From Azolla caroliniana (taxonomy: Eukaryota > Plantae > Polypodiophyta), in NCBI GenBank assembly GCA_043228905.1, contig JBHGNT010000014.1, positions 4,774,001-4,838,000 of the forward strand: 64,000 nucleotides of DNA, given 5' to 3'. The translations under genes and the position numbers were made by a program. Shown here one piece after another: positions 1 through 12,284 of this stretch (its first letter is position 1; each line of letters starts with the position of its first letter). The notes beneath the pieces are model-generated. The model searched no databases. It saw nothing but the letters and a program-made list of their open reading frames with translations, and was not told where the DNA came from.

Positions 1-657
1 TATTCGGTCGGCCTACTTAGTCAATTCATGCAGAATCTGCGAAACTTTCCTCTCGATTGCACTAAGAGGATACTCCGGTATATTAGTACGACGATGTATT
101 ACGACATTATGTATCAGTCAAATACGACCATTCGACTCGAAGGATACACAAACGCGGATTGGTCAGGATACAAAGCGGATAGACGATCCACATCTGGATT
201 TGTCTTCTCCCTTGGTAGCGGAGCGATCTCCTGGAGCAGTAAGAAGCCGCCGAAAGTCGCATTGTCGAGCACGGAAGCCAAATATAGGGGCGCGATAGTC
301 GCCGCATGTGAAGCCGTATGGCTCAAGCGTATTCTGAAGGATCTGGGTGTACCCATCAAAGATCCGATTCGCCTATACTGCGACAACATGAGCAACATCT
401 ACTTGGCATGAAACCCCATATTTCACGCACATATTAAGCATATCGAAGTGCTCTACCACTTCATCCGCGAGCGCGTACAGGTCGGAGAAATCGATCTACT
501 ACATATCAATACGCACCTCCAGATTGCTGATATTTTTACGAAGGCCTTAGGAGTCGACAAGCTTGGGCAATTCACATCGGATCTTGGTCTCACGATATCC
601 ACATTGCCAAGCTTGAGGGGGAGTATTGTGAGCGACACGCGCACTATACGCAATTGA
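1..657 (+). pseudogene. 3' end of a degenerate Ty1/Copia pol (RT/RNase H)
   Basis: ORFs 28-411 and 448-657 contain YTNADW..DRRSTSG, ALSSTEAKY, CDN.S and ADIFTK motifs. An in-frame stop lies at 409-411 and a polypurine tract (PPT) GAGGGGGAG at about 615-623. Confidence 0.9.
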
Positions 658-830
658 TCAAGTACACAACATGCAACAATACGTGAGTATGCAACACGTA
701 GTTAATTGAACCGAGCACGAAGCCGAAATGCCGAACAATCCAGTTCGAGGATTACGAACGCCGGAATCTGGATTCCGAAGACCGAACCGAAACAACTTTT
801 CGACAAATGGAAGTTGTGTTCGAAGGGGCG

Positions 831-1024
831 TGTTGAGAGTTGAACTCAGCTTCCCATAGTAATAGGTTTCACACTAGCTTATGGTCATACCATGCTAGTT
901 TTGTAAATAGTAGAAAGGGCACTTGCCCTAGTTTAATTGGTATTTAAACCAAACCCTTGTAACTTAGTTATTGTTGGAAGTATTTTGGTTAATGTAACAT
1001 ACAATCTTTTATCTCTATCTTAAG

Positions 1025-1058
<34 letters not shown>

Positions 1059-1066
1059 TTTGCCTT

Positions 1067-1097
<31 letters not shown>

Positions 1098-1143
1098 GTC
1101 CTTCCGCTGCATCTCAGCCACTCTTGCTCCTCATTTCTTTACA
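831..1143 (+). repeat. Putative 3' LTR of the preceding Copia
   Basis: Starts TGTTGAGAG after the purine tract GAAGGGGCG, resembling the TGTTGAGAAG start of the LTR at 17855. Ends ...TTTACA and contains (CT)n/(CA)n tracts. An alternative start is 627. Confidence 0.55.
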
Positions 1144-2990
1144 ATCATACCAAAGGCTTCTCGCTCATTCATGGAGTAATTACGTTCGACGACTGAAAGC
1201 TTCCGGCTTCAGTAATAAACTAGCTGACACCAATTTGGTTTAGTCAGTTGCATAAGCACGCTGTCGATCGTGATATCCGACACATCCACGAACACGTGGA
1301 ACGATCGCAGTCAATCTGGGGGTTGTACAACATGTGCCTGTGTTAGCATAACCTTTAAGGCCATGTATGCCTTGTCTTGCATCTTGGTCCATCTGAACGG
1401 TGTTCGGTGTACTGTCACATGTAGAGGTGTCACAAAGTTGGCCAGGTTGCGCAACATCCGACTATGCCAGTGGATCTGTCTGAGGAAGCGGCTTAGGGCC
1501 TTGGCATTCTTTGGGGTTGGTGCCTCGATAATTGCCTTGATCTTCCCTGGATCGATCACAATGCCTTCACAACTTACTATGTGTCCGAGGAGGGCACCAC
1601 TTGTCACGCCAAACACACATTTTGCCGGATTGAGGCTTAGCCGTGCTGAACGGCATCGCTCCAAGCATAACCGTAGGTGCTGTAGATGCTCACTATGCAT
1701 GTCGTACACCACAAAATCATTGAGGAAAACTTTCATAAAGGCAGATATGTATTCACCGAAAATTTCTGTGATGATGCATTGAAATGTTGTTGGCGCCGTT
1801 TTGAGACCAAACATCATCACTACGGCTACGAATACGCCCCACTCTATCACTCGGGCTACATACGGATTTGATTGTAGTCACTGAAGCCATATAAAAAACT
1901 ATACATCTCGTGTCCAGCTACTGCGTCGAGTACGCCATCCGTGAATGGTAAGGGAAATGCATCAATTATCGTCACCGTGTTCAATTTTCTATAGTCGACG
2001 CAAACTTGAATTTTCCCGTTTTTCTTCGGCACGACGACAATCGAACTTAGTCAAGTCACCTACTTGACTGGTCGGATGAACCCTATCTTTAAAAGCGTTT
2101 CTATTTCTTCTTTGATGCAAGCCGCATAATTCGGGTTCATGCGATAGCGTCGCTGTTGGACAAGCTTCGTATTCGTCACAAGGTTAATCTAGTGTTGGTA
2201 AAATTTTGGGTCCAGCCCTTTCATGTCTTCGTGGGACCATGCAAACACATCTTTATATTCATGTAATAATTCGATCATGGCCACCTTTTCTGAAGGGCAT
2301 AAGTCCTTCGCAATTGAGAGAGGTCGTGGTGCATCGAAAGTTCTGACATTGATTTCTTCTAGTGCTGACACTGTGACGCATCGAGATATCTCCATCTCTC
2401 GGTCAAAATGCATCCTGCGCCCTGTGGAGTTCCATGAGTGCTTCCGTATCCGACTCGTAGTCCTCGTCTCCGGCTGTCGTAGGAGTGGTGAATGTCGGGC
2501 CCGCCATTTCGATGATGTCGATGTCGAACAAGGGGACGATTTGAGGGTTCTCTTCCAAATAATTTTCCAGTTCCTCCTCAGCTAATCCCTCTAGCATGTG
2601 GACGTCTTCCGCATATAGCAGAGTCATGGCTTTTGTCGGTGGGGCACTTTCCTCCATCGGCACCCGAATCTTTGCTCGGACTCAGCGAAAGTTGATGTTG
2701 TTGTACTGCCAATTTTGCTTGATGTTCGTTGAGTGCGTCCATGGGCTCCTAGTAGTAAGGGGTATGCTCCCGGAGCATCAAGGGCCAATACCACGTCCGA
2801 TATTTCGAATGTGTGTTCGCCGATCACGATTTTCAATTTGCGGAGTAGTCCTAATGGTCGGATGGATTTGGTGTCCGCTACGCGTAGCCAGAATGTGCAT
2901 GCTTCCCAATCTGTGAGGCCCATGCGGTTGCAAATGGCTTTGCTGATGACATTAACTCCATAGCAACCAACGATGGCGTAACGCGAAATT
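1144..2990 (-). pseudogene. Degenerate Ty3/Gypsy pol (protease, RT, start of RNase H)
   Basis: ORFs 2624-3073, 2189-2413 and 1311-1850 contain YPLLLG, EYKDVFAWS, M.FGLK.AP.TFQ, VFLNDFVVY and LNPAKCVFG. Multiple stops and frameshifts. Confidence 0.85.
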
Positions 2991-3004
2991 TCTTCCTCTT
3001 GTAG

Positions 3005-3383
3005 TGTTAAGGATGGAAGAATTGGAGCTACAAGGATGTGATCAACAAGCCTAAAAGCGCTACAAAGACACAATTGGCAAGCTAAGGAGCTAGTATCCTT
3101 AACTAGTGTTGTTCACCTTGAATTCATTCAAGGTGAACTCAAATATTTATACCAAGTGACATGCAGGCCTATTGCATGCATGTGATACACTAGAGCATAT
3201 ATGTACGCATGCATGTGCCAAGTGTGAATAATATACAATGGGGCAATTATGCTCATGATGCTAGCTTAAAACAATTATGCATATGACTATATATTATACA
3301 TGTTGGTTAACACATAGCACTTGATTATAACACAAGAGATCATGAGTTCAAATCTTGACATGACTGTTTTCATGTCCGTGGCA
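3005..3383 (-). repeat. 3' LTR of chromovirus family G2
   Basis: TG...CA ends on the minus strand, preceded by PPT AGGGGGGATAA (3384-3394). Homologous to the LTR at 32016-32423. Confidence 0.85.
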
Positions 3384-3750
3384 TTATCCCCCCTGTTTAT
3401 AACCAACTTCACCCGGTGTAGGCTTGTGTGGATAACGAAGATGGAAATCATGAACTACCATGACTCCATTCATCAAATGGTGGTGAGGTTCCCAAGTAGC
3501 TTCAAATATCAGGTATCCTTTCCAGCGTACCAAATAATAGAGTTTTCGACGTAAAAACTTGGAGTCGAGGATTTCTTCAACTTCATACTCATTGTCAGAC
3601 TCCAACTCGATGGGCGGTGGTCGAGTGGGTTGCCGCCCAGGAAGTACAGAGGGATGGTAAACCTCCAAGAGAGATGCATGAAAAAAGTCATGGATGCGAT
3701 AGTGGGGAGGAAGGTCAAGCCGATAGGCCATAGGATTGATATACAGAGAT
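3384..3750 (-). pseudogene. Chromovirus integrase C-terminus with chromodomain
   Basis: AYRLDLP..IH..FH.SLL motif followed by EYEVEEILDSK....LYYLVRWKGY....TWEP. Confidence 0.85.
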
Positions 3751-4147
3751 AACACGTTCGCGTTCACAAGTGGAAGGATCGCGCATTCCACTTATAGATT
3801 CCTTTTATAATCTTGCAATTTTAGGCAATTTTCAGAAACTTGATACACTAGTATCACATATTTTAAATAGCATGTAAAATTTGCTAAGTTTTTGAGATTT
3901 AACAAGTTTCAAAATGATAATTTTTAAAATTGAATAGTTTTTCAATAAATATTTAAACGTTGATGGTTTGCAGATATAAAATGTAGTTAACTTAAAGAAA
4001 ATCACAATGGTTAACTCAAGGCACAAGTTAAGATTAATGGTTTCACCATCTTCAGAAGATGTAGGTTCCAGAAGTGGAAGTTACATCTATTGTTAGACTT
4101 GAAAATGTTTTAATTATAAGAGGTAACATTGTAATCCTTAATGCCAT

Positions 4148-4592
4148 TGTTAAGAATTAGATAAGTAATTAAGCAAGGCTTAACTAGTACCTAATTATGT
4201 GATTAAGTTAATAAGCGAAAGATTAAGTGATATGTGTGTGAGAGGGAAAGAGAGAGAGAGAGAGAGAGATACACTTATGAACAACACAAGATGGGGGATG
4301 AGTAACTATATTAAATAAGCATTATCATCATCATCAAATACAAAAATACAATCAATGAGGTATATATAGATCTCATGTGCAAGAGTGCACATGTGTGAGT
4401 AGAATATAGGTACAACCATGTAAGTCCTATATTAAATGACCTTGGGAGTGGAGGATCTAGAATATCCTACTTAAGAACAAGGTCCTATTTAAGTCATTAT
4501 AGTCAACACTTCTAACTAGATTCTATCTAGGTAACTACGAAGTTACATGGTTGACTAACTAACTAGACTAAGTTGAGCTTGATCTCTCAACA
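4148..4592 (-). repeat. Solo LTR related to Copia family B
   Basis: On the minus strand it begins TGTTGAGAGATCAAGCTCAAC and ends TTCTTAACA, like LTR 17855-18322. Flanks GCCAT/ACCAT match 4 of 5 as a TSD. Confidence 0.7.
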
Positions 4593-5035
4593 ACCATCAT
4601 CTATAAATTTAGTGCTCATTAACATCCATAAATTCACAACTCAAGAAATGTATACAATATTCATAAATAATTTTGATAAATCCATAACTCCTAAAATGTA
4701 GATGATATTCATAAACTATCAAAACTACCAAAGTTAGATGTAAACATGAATATATCAACTTGAACATATCACATAGTTATCAAGGTATCCACAATGCTCT
4801 CTATTGGGAATTCAGTCCCTCCAAATGAACCGAAGGAAGGAACCGGATCAGATGTAGCAACCGGACCGGACCAGGAGGTATCCAGTGTGAACCGGATCCA
4901 AGGACATATCTGCAAATATGTTTCTGGTGTGCTTGTAAAGGCTATATTTGTAAATAGTCTTAAAGTCATATAAGTATAAATATGACTTAGGGCAATCACT
5001 TTATAATAGGTTAGTAAGTAGTTGTATGATAGTTG

Positions 5036-5076
<41 letters not shown>

Positions 5077-5318
5077 GAAGCTGCATGTTGGCGAAGATAT
5101 AGAGCTCGAGGTTGTTGCCTTTGAGTCTCCTCTTGTACCTCCTTTCTCATATAGTGGTAGTTGGGGTCTGTGGGCTCCCGTGGTTTTTCCCTATTAGGGT
5201 TTTCCACATAAACATCATGTGTCGTCTCTTCTGTGTAAGTGTATGAACCTCCATTTCTGTTTTGTTCTTTCATAAAGTGTTTGAGTCTCGGTTGTGGCCG
5301 AGGCTATTCCTCACAATC

Positions 5319-5330
5319 TGGTATCAGAGC
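5319..5330 (+). other. tRNA-iMet primer binding site (PBS)
   Basis: TGGTATCAGAGC 3 nt after the LTR end. The same PBS occurs at 6960, 18323, 33196, 54322 and on the minus strand at 25501-25512. Confidence 0.9.
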
Positions 5331-6472
5331 GAACAAGAAAACGGAAGAGTCATTCAGAAACATGTTCAAGCTCACCGGCTCCAAGTACCTAGTGTGGAAG
5401 TCAAAGATGAGGGACATGCTTGTGGTCAAATATCTCTAGGTGCCGGTACAGTTCAGGGACAAGAAACCGGATAAGATTGATGCCACAACCTGGGAGGTGA
5501 TGCACATGAAGACGACGACGTACATATTGTGCTTCATCGACATGAACCTATACAACAACTTCAATGAAGAAAGTAAGGCTCATGTGCTCTGGGAGAAAAT
5601 CGGCACCTTGTTGGAGAGCAAAAATGTCATAAATCAGGTTTCAGTATTCTGGAAGTTAGTGAGACTCTGGTACCAGGACGGATCCATCATGATGGAGCAC
5701 TTGAACGCATTCAAGGGGATCATAAACCAAACAACTTCGCTCGAAGTACCTCTGGCCGATGAGGTACTTGCATTGCTCCTGCTCGGTTCCCTCCTGGATA
5801 TTTGGGAGACGCTAGTTGTCACTTTTAGCATCTGACAATGCCGGTGAGTTGTGGCACAAGAGACTGTGTCATATGAGCCAGAAGGGGATGAAACGACGTG
5901 TTGAAGATAACCTCATTCCGAAGGTAAAAGAAGTGCAACTTGAGAAGTGTACCGACTGCTTGGCCGGCAAGCAAAACCGAACCTGCTTCCGGTCAAGACT
6001 ATCGATGAAACAAAACGCACCACTGGAGTTGGTGCATACCGATGTGTGTCAAGTGGACACGAAGTCAAATGCCGGATCGCAGTACTTCGTGATGTTCATA
6101 GACGACCACAGCCGGAAGCTGTGGGTCTCACCTTTGAAGACGAAAGATCAGGTGTGGTCCGTCTTCAAGGAGCTACACGAGAGAGTGGAAAGGGAAACTG
6201 GCCAGAAGCTAAAGGTGGTTCAAGCAAATAACGGAGGCAAATACCGGGGGCAATTTGAGGAGTATTGCCGGTTGAAGGGAATCCGGCTCGAATTCACCAT
6301 GCCGAAGATGCCGGAATTGAACGAGCTAGCTGAACTAATGAACCAGACCATAATGGAGAGAGTTCGAAGCAGGCTAGCACATGCAAAGTTATCCAAGACG
6401 TTTTGGGCTGAGGTGCTGATAACGGCGACGTACGTGATTAACAGATCACCCTCAGCACCCTTGGAAGGAGAC

Positions 6473-6682
6473 GCGGAAACCGGATCGAGTGAATCTGGAT
6501 GGATTCGGTGCAAACAGGATCCAAGGAAATATGTGTAAATATGTTTCATAGTGAGCCCATCTAAGCTATATTTGTAAATAACCCAAATGTCATATAAGTA
6601 TAAATATGACTTAGGGCAATCACTTTAAACGTACTAGATGTTGTTATTTTCAGTTGTTGTAGAGTTGTTGTATATATATATG

Positions 6683-6724
<42 letters not shown>

Positions 6725-9700
6725 GAATTAGTTTTTTGTTGTAACCGCCATTGGTGAAGACATAGAGCTCGAGATCGTTGCCCCTGAGTCTCACTTTGTA
6801 TTCCTCCTCTCATAGTGATAGTTGGAGTCCGTGGGCTCCCGTGGTTTTTCCCTATTAGGGTTTTCCACGTAAACATCATGTGTCATCTCGGTTTCAGATT
6901 GTTCTCTTCTATTCGTTGTTGAAGACTCGGTCGTGGCCGAGCTTTATTTCCGTACAAATTGGTATTAGAGCAAACAAAGGAAATGGAAGTATCAGTTGGG
7001 AGCAAGTTCAAGCTCATTGGCTCCAACTACCCAGTGTGGAAGTCGAAGATGAGGGACATGCTTGTGGTCAAAGATCTGTGGCTGCCGGTGATCGATGCCA
7101 CAACATGGCAAGTGATGCACATGAAGACAACGGCGTACATTTGGTGCTTCATCGACATGAGCCTATATAACAACTTCAAGAATGAAAGTAAAGCTCATGT
7201 GCTCTAGGAGAAAATCGACACTCTGTTAGAGAGTAAAAACGTCGTAAATCGGGTTTCGGTATTCCGGAAGTTAGTGAGACTCCGGTACCAGGACAGATCC
7301 AGCATGGTGGAGCATATGAACGCATTTCGGGGGCTCATAAACCAAACAACTTCGCTCGAAGTACCTCTAGCCGAGGAGGTATTTGCATTGCTCTTGCTCG
7401 GCTCCCTCTCGGATAGTTGGGAGACGCTAGTTGTCACTTTGGGCAATGCCGGGCCGGAAGGAAAGTAGTTGTCCCTAGCAAGGGTAAAATCAAGCTTGTT
7501 AGATGAAGAAGCTCGCCGGAAGGACTAGGAGTTCGGAACCAATCCGAAGGCCTTGGTCACAGAAGATGACCATTACCGAGGAAGAGGCCAGTATCAGAGT
7601 CCCCAAAACCGAGACAAATTGGGGACGAGGTTGGAGTCAAGGGGAAGGCCTACTTGCTTTTATTGCGGAAATCCGGGGCATTTCCAGAAGAATTGCCAAC
7701 ACTTCCGGAAATCCAAAGGGGGAGCCTGACGGGAACTGGACGTTCCTTATGCGCAACGCTCGGCCACAACTGAGATTCTTTTCATACACAGAAAACGGGA
7801 AATAGAACACGACACAAAGGAGAGGAAGATACACACTACACTACACAGGAGGTTTACGTGGAAAACCCCAAACTAGGGGAAAAAACCACGGCAGCCCACA
7901 GGCTGCAAACTGTCACTATGTATGAATGTACAAAACAGTGAGTTCTCGGAGGCAACGACCTCGGACTCACGCTCTTCGCCACAGGCGGCGGTTACAACAG
8001 AGGCAACAACCTCTTTCTTTCTCTCTCTCTCTCTCTCTCTGTGTACAGTTACACACACTAATCTCCTGTAATACAGAAAAATGACAACAACAAACTATTA
8101 GTTTGCCCTAAGTCATATTTATACTAATATGACTTTTCGGCTATTTACAAATATAGCCACGATGGGCTCTCAGAAACATATTTACGAATATGTCTCTTCC
8201 TCCGGTTCGTACCGGGCCTGCACCATCCGGTTCTCCGTAGCCGGGTACTCCTCATCCAGTTCACACCGGGCCTGCACCATCCGGCTCTCCGTAGCCGGGT
8301 ACTCCTCATCCGGTTCACACCGGGCCTGCACCATCCGGCTCTCCGTAGCCGGGTACTACTCATCCGGTTCACAACGGGCCTGTATCATCCGGCTCTCCGT
8401 AGCCGGGTACTCCTCATACCGTTTCGGCCGAGGCCGATACACTGTTCTTCTCCCTTCCCATCCGGAGGGACTTGTCTCCCAACAGAGCCGACGGACCGGA
8501 AATGAAGAAGATATTGGAGAGAAGAGGAACATTGGCGATTGCGACAAGTGAAGAAGAACTTATGCTCATTACTGAGGAGAATGAGTTAAACCTTGTCAGC
8601 GACGAGACAACATGGGTTGTCGATTCCGGAGCATCGTTCCATCTGACAACGGACCGGAAATGCTTCTCATCCTACATAGCTGGAGATCACGGTTTAGGGT
8701 TCCGGAGGTGTGTGGTTGACGACATCAACCGGATGCAAATTGCTGCGGAAAGAAGTCCGACACGTTCCGGAGGTTTGGTTGAACCTGATATCAGTCGGTC
8801 GACTAGATGATGAAGGCTACAGGGGTCACATCTGGAACGGAGTCATGAAATTTAGCAAAGGAAGTCTGATCATGGCTCGAGCCCAGACGGTATTGAGCAT
8901 AGCGGCAAGCATGGACCTTGAGGTAGAGCAACTGAACGTCAAGACGACATTCCTACATGGCGACCTCGAAGAAGAGATCTACATGCATCAACCGGAAGGA
9001 TTTGAGAAGAAAGGGAAGGAGCACCTGGTGTGCCGGTTGAAGAAGAGCTTATATGGATTGAAGCAAGCCCCTAGCAATGGTACCGGAAGTTCGACTCTTT
9101 CATGACCAAGGGTACCACAAACTCAAGCCGATCACTGCATGTTTGTGAAGAAATTCGATGGAGGCGATTTCCTGATACTCCTTCTGTATGGATGACATGT
9201 TGATCGTTGGACCGAAGCGAACCAAAATCGGGATACTGAAGAATGCCTTGAACCGGACCTTCTCCATGAATGATTTGGCTCCAACAAGACAAATCTTAGG
9301 GATGCACATCAACCGGTACGGGAAGAAGAAGCTATTGTGGTTGTCACAAGAAAAGTATGTGACAAAGATGCTCCAGTGGTTCAACATGTCGAATGCAAAA
9401 CCGGTTGGATCGACACTCTGGCAAACTGCAAGCTATCCGGAAAGCAAAGCCCTAAGATAAAGGAAGAGAAGGCAGATATGATGAAGATACCATATGCCTC
9501 CGCCGTCGGGAACTTGATGTACGCAATGGTGTGTACGCGGCCGGATATCGGATATGCAGTCGGAGTGGTCAGTCGGTTCATGAGCAATCCCGGAAAACAA
9601 CACTAGAACGCGGTCAAGTGGATACTCCGGTATTTGAAAGGCACCTCGAGTATGTGCCTCCGATTCAACGCTAGTAAACCCCAACTAGATGGATTCACGG

Positions 9701-10675
9701 ATTCGGATATGTCAGTTGATGCGGATAGCAACCGGTCTACATCCGGATATGTTATGACTTATGCAGGGGGATCCGTATCGTGGCAATCGTGGCTGTAGAA
9801 TTCCATTGCACTATCAACAACGGAAGCGGAGTATATGGCAGTTGTGGAAGCCAGCAAGGAAGTAATCTGGATGAAGGACTTCATCGGAGAGCTAGGGATC
9901 TGACAGGAGGAATACCGGCTCTACTGCGACAGTCAAAGTGTCATCCACCTTGCGAAGAATGCGGCCTACCATTCCCGGACCAAGCACATCTAGAGGAGAT
10001 ATCACTTGCTCTGGGAGAAGGTAGAAGATCAAGACTTCGTGCTGACAAAGATCCACACCAAAGAGAATGGATCGTATATGCTGACCAAGGTGCTTTCAAC
10101 AGACAAGCTGGACACATGCCGAAGACGAATCGGATTAACGAGAAATCCCATGCCGGAATGAAGGGGGAGTTTGTTGGGAATTCGGTCCCTCCGGATGAGA
10201 ACCGGACGAGCCGGATCCAGAAGGGTTCCGGATGAGACCCGGAAACCGGATCGAGTGAATCCGGTGCAAACCGGATCCAAGGACATATGTGTAAATATGT
10301 TTCATAGTGAGCCCATCTACGCTATATTTGTAAATAGCCCAAATGTCATATAAGTATAAATGTGACTTAGGGCAATCACTTTAGGTGCAGATGTTGTTAT
10401 TGTGAGTTGTTGTATACAGAGAGAGAGAGAGAGAGATACATAGAACTAGTTTTCTGTTTGTAACCGCCATTGGTGAAGACATAGAGCTTGAGTTCATTGC
10501 CTCCGAGTCTCACTTTGTATTCCTCCTCTCATAGTGATAGTTGGAGTCTGTGGGCTCCCGTGGTTTTTCCCATTTAGGGTTTTCCACGTAAACATCCTGT
10601 GTCATCTCAGTTTCAGATTGTTCTCTTCTATTCCTTGTTGAAGACGCGGTCGTGGCCGAGCATTATTTCCGTATA
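6473..10675 (+). mobile_element. Degenerate Copia A2 nested in A1; integrase deleted, 5' LTR truncated
   Basis: Partial LTR 6473-6956, PBS, gag and protease (VVDSGASFH) fused directly to RT at about 8883. RT/RH runs to 10160, then PPT AAGGGGGAG and 3' LTR 10172-10675. Confidence 0.85.
7727..8484 (-). repeat. Solo LTR (Copia A group) with about 4 x 54-bp CCGG-rich tandem repeats
   Basis: TG...CA ends with TSD GAGCC (7722-7726 / 8485-8489). The 54-bp period is visible at 8212, 8266, 8320 and 8374. Confidence 0.9.
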
Positions 10676-10908
10676 GAGTATGGACCGGTAAAGATGTGTC
10701 TTACCGGCATATGAAGGTGTTCGGGTGTCTCGCATATGTGCAGGTCGCAAAGGACAAGAGAGCAAAGTTGGACTTGAAGTCCCGGCCATGCATATTCCAT
10801 GGATACGACAATGATGAGTTCGGTTACTGAGTGTGGGATCTGGTCGACAAGAAGGTATTCTAGAGTCGGGACATAGTCTTCATGGAAGACAAGCCCATTG
10901 CCGACTGG

Positions 10909-12246
10909 TGTTAGAACCAAGAGAAAAGGTAGAGTGGTAGAAGAAAGATGTAAAGAGATCACGAGAAGAGAGGAATGAAGTGATAAGAGAAGAATGAATG
11001 TATTAGTAAGATAGAATGAAGATGGATACAAGAAAGGTGACGAAAGCTTAAGACTGGTGTTGATTCGAATTGGTTTGAGAAGAATTGTATGTCCATATTT
11101 ATAGGTTCCTATAGAATAGCCTAGTGATTTCTATAATGTTCTAGAATGTAACAGAACATTTACAATAATCAATCTATTACAAGAAGTAGCGTTTATTATT
11201 TTATATAATTTTATGCTATCTTAATGGTTAGGTTCTTGATTATGTATTACAAGGACTTGGGTTCAAGCCCAAGTGAAACCATGATGCTTATGTATTCATG
11301 ACACTATCTCCCCTTTGAGAACAATGTAGGACCCAATTTGTTTGGATAATGGCGATGGAAGTCTTTGACAAGAGCTTTCTTGAGCATTAGAAACATTATT
11401 GATGGGTTCCCAAGTGCGATCACTCGGAGGATAGCCTACCCAATCAACCAGATAATAGAGCTTATTCCGCACAATCTTCGAATCAAGAATAGCAGCGACC
11501 TTGTATTCAGGGCCATCAACAAGTTGGACAAAGGGCAGAGGTGGCACGACACGATTAGGAATAGAAGAGGTGCGACAAGGTTCCAACAGAGAGCTATGAA
11601 AGACTGGGTGAAGCCACATGTGTGTTGGAAGATTAAGACGAAAGGTGGCATCGTTAATACGCGCAATGATGAGAAAAGGACTTGAGCGTTGATAATCGAG
11701 CTTCTCACATGGCCGAGTAGTCTTGATGTGACGACGAAGCAACCATACTTGGTCACCAACCTTAAAAGGAGACTTAAGACGATGGTGATCGGTGTTGGTC
11801 TTATGTTGTGCTTGAGCTGTCTGAAGATGTGAAGATAACGTTAACTATATTTGATGTAGTCGATGAAGATGATGCTCAACACTAGGGTTTTGTGCGACCT
11901 TGGGAAGATCCAAGATACACCATCAAGGATGGTTACCGGTGTCAGCAAAGAAAGGTGTAACCTTGGTAGAAGATGACAAGAACTACACTCTCCCGATATA
12001 CAACGCTCGGCCACAACCGAGTCTAAGATCAAACACAGAAAACGGATAATGAACGCACAACACAAAGGAGAGAAGAGTACACAAGATGTTTAACGTGGAA
12101 AACCCTGAGAGGGAAAAACCACGGGAGTCCATAGACTCCAAACTATCACTATATCACAATGATTACAACAGTGAGCTCGCGGAGGCAACGACCTCGCGCT
12201 CACGATCTTCGCCACAGGCGGCGGTTACAACAGAGGCAACGACCTC

Positions 12247-12284
<38 letters not shown>

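Noticed and set aside
8129-8551. Repetitive protein (RACTIRLSVAGYSSSGSH)n
   Set aside because: It is the translation of the 54-bp LTR minisatellite, in frame because 54 is divisible by 3.
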